DNA from: Octopus bimaculoides | Lineage: Eukaryota | Direction: 5' to 3' | Assembly: GCF_001194135.2 (NCBI RefSeq) | Contig: NC_068992.1 | Coordinates: 53,239,702 to 53,294,933 of the forward strand | DNA length: 55,232 bases | In this document: positions 51,121 through 55,232 of the stretch, in pieces | Layout of the letters: each line of letters begins with the position of its first letter | How positions within the stretch are numbered: the first letter of the stretch is position 1 | Translations under genes and position numbers: made by a program | Notes under the pieces: generated by a model | Told to the model about the DNA's origin: nothing | Database searches by the model: none | The model's input: only the letters and a program-made list of their open reading frames with translations

Positions 51121-51475
51121 AGTGTGTTTGTCAGCCATATACATATATTCATAAAGATATACATACGTAAGTATACATGCATTTCTTATGCTTTTTGTGT
51201 CGCATTCACATGTGTATGTGGATTATAGTTTTAAAGATAGAATAATGTGTAACGAAATAAGATTTTTAAAAAAACCACTAGATAGAATATTGATCGTATC
51301 AATCGAATATGTCTAATGATTTCTCTTTCCAAAGAACATGATATATATTCAGAGCTATCAACGATGTAATTGAAATGGCTATTGAAAAATTTATATTTTC
51401 ATGATTTTGTTCTTGCTTTTATTATTATCGTATTCATATTAACATTGTTTTCTTTAGTATTAACATTCTGCGTCT

Positions 51476-51612
51476 TTTCTTCTTCTTCTTCTTCTTCTTC
51501 TTCTTCTTCTTCTTCTTTTTCTTCTTCTTCTTTTACTACTTCTGCTTCTTTACCTCCATCTTTTTCTTCTTCACCTCCATTTTCTTCTTCTTTTTCTTCT
51601 TCTTCTTCTTCT

Positions 51613-51647
<35 letters not shown>

Positions 51648-51661
51648 TGCTTCTTCTTCTT

Positions 51662-51745
<84 letters not shown>

Positions 51746-51748
51746 TTT

Positions 51749-51796
<48 letters not shown>

Positions 51797-51833
51797 GTTA
51801 TTATTATTATCATTATTATTATTATTATTATCA

Positions 51834-51865
<32 letters not shown>

Positions 51866-51900
51866 GGTGTTGTTTTTTGTTATTGTTGTTGTTGTAACTA
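51476..51900. repeat. Compound (TCT)n-(TAT)n-(TGT)n trinucleotide array
   Basis: Directly visible. It explains the poly-Ser/Tyr and poly-Arg/Ile ORFs in the track. Confidence 0.95.
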
Positions 51901-52560
51901 GTATTGTTGTTCTTGTTTTTCCTATTGGTTTTGTTGTGGTTTTGCTCGTTTAATTTCGTCTCCTACACTTGTTACTTGTTTCTTGTATTCTTGCTGTTAG
52001 ATTCTTAGTTTCTTGTTTTTTTTGTTTTGTTATTTTTTTGTGTGTAGTCCTGAACTTCTTACGTGGCTAACTAACTAACTGTATAAATATACATACGTAC
52101 ACACACACACACACACACACACTCATAATGAATACATACGTACGTACACATGTACACGTATACTTATATACATACGTATCTACATACATACATGCATTTA
52201 CATAATTGCATTCCTACAGTTATGCGCGTCTGTGTGTATACCTCTACATATTGCCTTTTTCAGTTCTTTACCAATGATCGTTACGTCTCGCTAATGTGTC
52301 AAATGTGTTTCGAAGAACGTTCAAGTGTTTCCAATAGATTCGATGAAGATCGAGTACCCGATTCATTAATATTGATTCCATCGTCACCATTTTTGCTATC
52401 ACGAGCACTCCTGCCATTAATATTAATATAGATATTGATACAACTACACTACTGCCTTGTCTACAACTCCACCATGACCACAAAAAATGGTGGTTATCAA
52501 AAAGTGCCAATACATGGTTACCTCTCTTGTAAAACATAACATCTGATACAGCGCGATAAA

Positions 52561-52805
52561 GTGGTGAGCAAGCAAAAGATTTAGCGAGCCGAGCAAAATG
52601 CTTAGCAGCATATCTTCCGTTTTTTACATTATGAGTTCAAAACCCCCCAAGATCGATTGTGTCTTTCGTCCTTTTGGGGTCGATAAAATAAATACCAGGT
52701 GAGCACCGGGGTGATGTGTTTGATTTTAATCCTTACCCACAACAGCTGTCGTGGTGCCAATATTTAAAGAAAAGCTAGCTTTGTGCCAAAATTTGAAACC
52801 AAAAT
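52561..52805 (+). mobile_element. tRNA-derived SINE family B, near full length
   Basis: GTGGTGAGCAAGCAAAAG...AAATGCTTAGC, B-box-like GAGTTCAAAACC, GGGGTCGATAAAATAAATACCAG, and tail GTGCCAAAATTTGAAACCAA. Confidence 0.8.
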
Positions 52806-55112
52806 AAAATATTAAAATCTTAAATACAGAAGGATACATTGGATAGTGTATACTTTTATTACACAATACGGCGAAATGGTCATAAGCTAACGTTATTTTG
52901 CCACAAGTATGACAAAAGAGTGTTGATACAGTGCTAAACCAAAGTACCGTTGAGGTTTCCAACAGTTACAATGCCACCAAAATCTCCAATATATCATTGA
53001 CGCCACAATCTTCACTAACATAAATTATAGTGGCATTAATGTTCACATTTACAAGCTTTAGCAATCTTCAATTGCAGCAAATCGCATCTTCATCAACGCC
53101 ATCATCGTCTTCGTCGTTGACGTTGTCATATCATCATGTATATCATCGTTGTCCTTGTTGTACTCATCGGTATCATCGTCGTCATTTAAGAAGTGTCAGA
53201 CGAGCAAATCCGATCTTTCTTGGATATCAAGACAATATACGGTTGTGTCACCAACGATCTCACACCACAAGACAACTACAGTATCTGACAAGCATAAAAG
53301 AATTGAGACATGACAGCTGAAATCACGCCGTATTTCATTGCCAATAAATTAGGTCAATTTAGAACGGGGGGGGGGGGAAATATCGCAAAAACTTGCAATC
53401 AACAACAATTTTAATTTTATTTTATATATTTTCTGCAGTTTCCTCAGGGTTCCACCATCTTCAACTATATTGAGGGGGAAAAAAGAAATTTGCCGCTCCA
53501 ACTCATTAAGATGATAAACAACTCATGTTAACACCACATGAAATAAAATGCTTACGGTCTATTCCATCCAATATTGATTGAACTTCTAAAAAAATGTTCA
53601 ACAATTATTTTCGTTGCTATTTGCAATGTATCAATACGTACGCCATTATAACTTTGATCTACACTGGTCTAATCCCAAATGCATCGTATTCTACAAAACG
53701 TAACACATACTCGATAGAGTACGCTATTTATCACAGTGAAATGACTTAAATTAAAATTGCAAAACACTCACCATTACATTGCTCTGTGACAAACGCATAT
53801 ATGTAAAGAAATACGTATATATGAATTGCGTATGTATGAGTGTGAACGTGTGTACATATCATATATGAATGCGTATATATATATATGTATATATGTATAT
53901 ANNNNNNNNNNNNNNNNNNNNNNNNNNNNNNNNNNNNNNNNNNNNNNNNNNNNNNNNNNNNNNNNNNNNNNNNNNNNNNNNNNNNNNNNNNNNNNNNNNN
54001 NNNNNNNNNNNNNNNNNNNNNNNNNNNNNNNNNNNNNNNNNNNNNNNNNNNNNNNNNNNNNNNNNNNNNNNNNNNNNNNNNNNNNNNNNNNNNNNNNNNN
54101 NNNNNNNNNNNNNNNNNNNNNNNNNNNNNNNNNNNNNNNNNNNNNNNNNNNNNNNNNNNNNNNNNNNNNNNNNNNNNNNNNNNNNNNNNNNNNNNNNNNN
54201 NNNNNNNNNNNNNNNNNNNNNNNNNNNNNNNNNNNNNNNNNNNNNNNNNNNNNNNNNNNNNNNNNNNNNNNNNNNNNNNNNNNNNNNNNNNNNNNNNNNN
54301 NNNNNNNNNATATATATATATATATAAATGTCTCTGTGTATGCGCATGCGCGTAAGCAAATACATATTGACATACATATACAAATACAAGCATAAACAGT
54401 AACAAACATCGATCGTTGCTTTTAAAGTGAGAGGAAAAAGTGTCTGCCGATGTGTGAAATATCTCAAATCAATAATGAAGTTTTCTACAAAGACTCAGTT
54501 ATCTTTGCAGGTAGTTAGTAATGGATTAGATACTCAATATCTGTTTTGTATTATCCGATTGTTGTTGTGGCTAACGTTCCTATTAAAGCGTTGTTTCCTA
54601 TGCCTTTCTTTCATTCCGACTTTTCGTCCTTTTGTTTTCCTGTCTTTCTTCCTTTCTTTCTTTCCTTTTTCCTTCTTTCTTCCTTTCTTTTACTTCTGTT
54701 CTTTATAATTCAATACTTTACTAATAAGCTGTTACGGTTACTCACAAGTGGAATAACGTTTTCTTCTTATTTTATCTGATACGTAGACAGAACGCCAATA
54801 GGTAACGCCATAGAAAACAACATGAAATATAGAAAATAGTCTTAATTTGCTAAACCAGTCTATAATTCATTATATGAATAAAATGCATTTATACATATCC
54901 ATAGCAAAATTCATATATATACAAACTTAAACGTAGACAGAGATATGCACACGGGTACTCATAATTATATATCTGTGTGTGTGTACATAGAGCAATTTAG
55001 GAAAATAGATTAGCATACGTTATTTGCATAGCTGTCTAGGTTCTTTAGTATTTATTTATCGCACTTCTTCGCTCTCCATTTCTCTCTCTCTCTATCTCTC
55101 TCTCCCTCTCTC

Positions 55113-55165
<53 letters not shown>

Positions 55166-55232
55166 ATATATACATATATTTACAGAGAGAACGAGAGAGA
55201 AAAGGAGAGAGATCTATGGATATATACATATA

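Larger units (their letters stand above)
3198..54309. other. Twelve assembly gaps bordered by dinucleotide microsatellites (the span covers the first to the last gap)
   Basis: N runs at 3198-3334, 4674-5110, 7871-8547, 17342-17772, 18387-18648, 24575-25100, 34214-34657, 36080-36209, 40752-40838, 45603-45823, 50918-51056 and 53902-54309. Each abuts (TA)n, (CA)n or (TG)n. Confidence 0.99.

Noticed and set aside
52340-52368. TCGATGA-a-GATCG-agtacc-CGATT as another hammerhead
   Set aside because: The core 5' end is altered, and no GAAA or stem III follows.
53439-53531. Acceptor TTTTCTGCAG followed by FPQGSTIFNYIEGEKRNLPLQLIKMINNSC*
   Set aside because: It is short, with no homology recognised and no partner exon; chance is sufficient.
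3114-54467. Long ORFs in the track rich in YI/HT/CV dipeptides or X
   Set aside because: They are translations of (TA)n, (CA)n and (TG)n microsatellites and N-gaps, not genes.
1-55232. CRISPR arrays, operons or other prokaryotic systems
   Set aside because: There is no repeat-spacer periodicity and no gene-dense region; the sequence is clearly metazoan repeat-rich DNA.

Overview
This is eukaryotic, AT-rich, microsatellite-dense DNA from a gapped assembly: 12 N-gaps, each bordered by (TA)n, (CA)n or (TG)n tracts. The SINE families and repeat make-up point to a cephalopod, most likely Octopus; that is an inference from remembered repeat families, not from a database search. I can support no intact protein-coding gene, rRNA, tRNA gene or CRISPR array. 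Almost every ORF in the track is a translation of microsatellites, N-gaps or low-complexity DNA, so the window reads as intergenic DNA or one large intron. The rest is decayed mobile DNA: four Tc1/mariner remnants (cecropia-like DD34D, an older DD34D mariner, rosa-like DD41D, an internally deleted maT-like element), Penelope-like (PLE) fragments, RTE and CR1-group LINE fragments, a two-ended internally deleted HERO-like RLE retrotransposon, and at least three tRNA-derived SINE families. The most notable unannotated signal is five hammerhead-ribozyme-like motifs of the minimal PLE type. Three on the minus strand keep the full catalytic core (12864-12896, 24328-24375, 31609-31701). Two on the plus strand have a damaged core, and one of these lies inside a 79-bp foldback. 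All family assignments come from manual motif recognition and need Dfam/Repbase/HMM confirmation.
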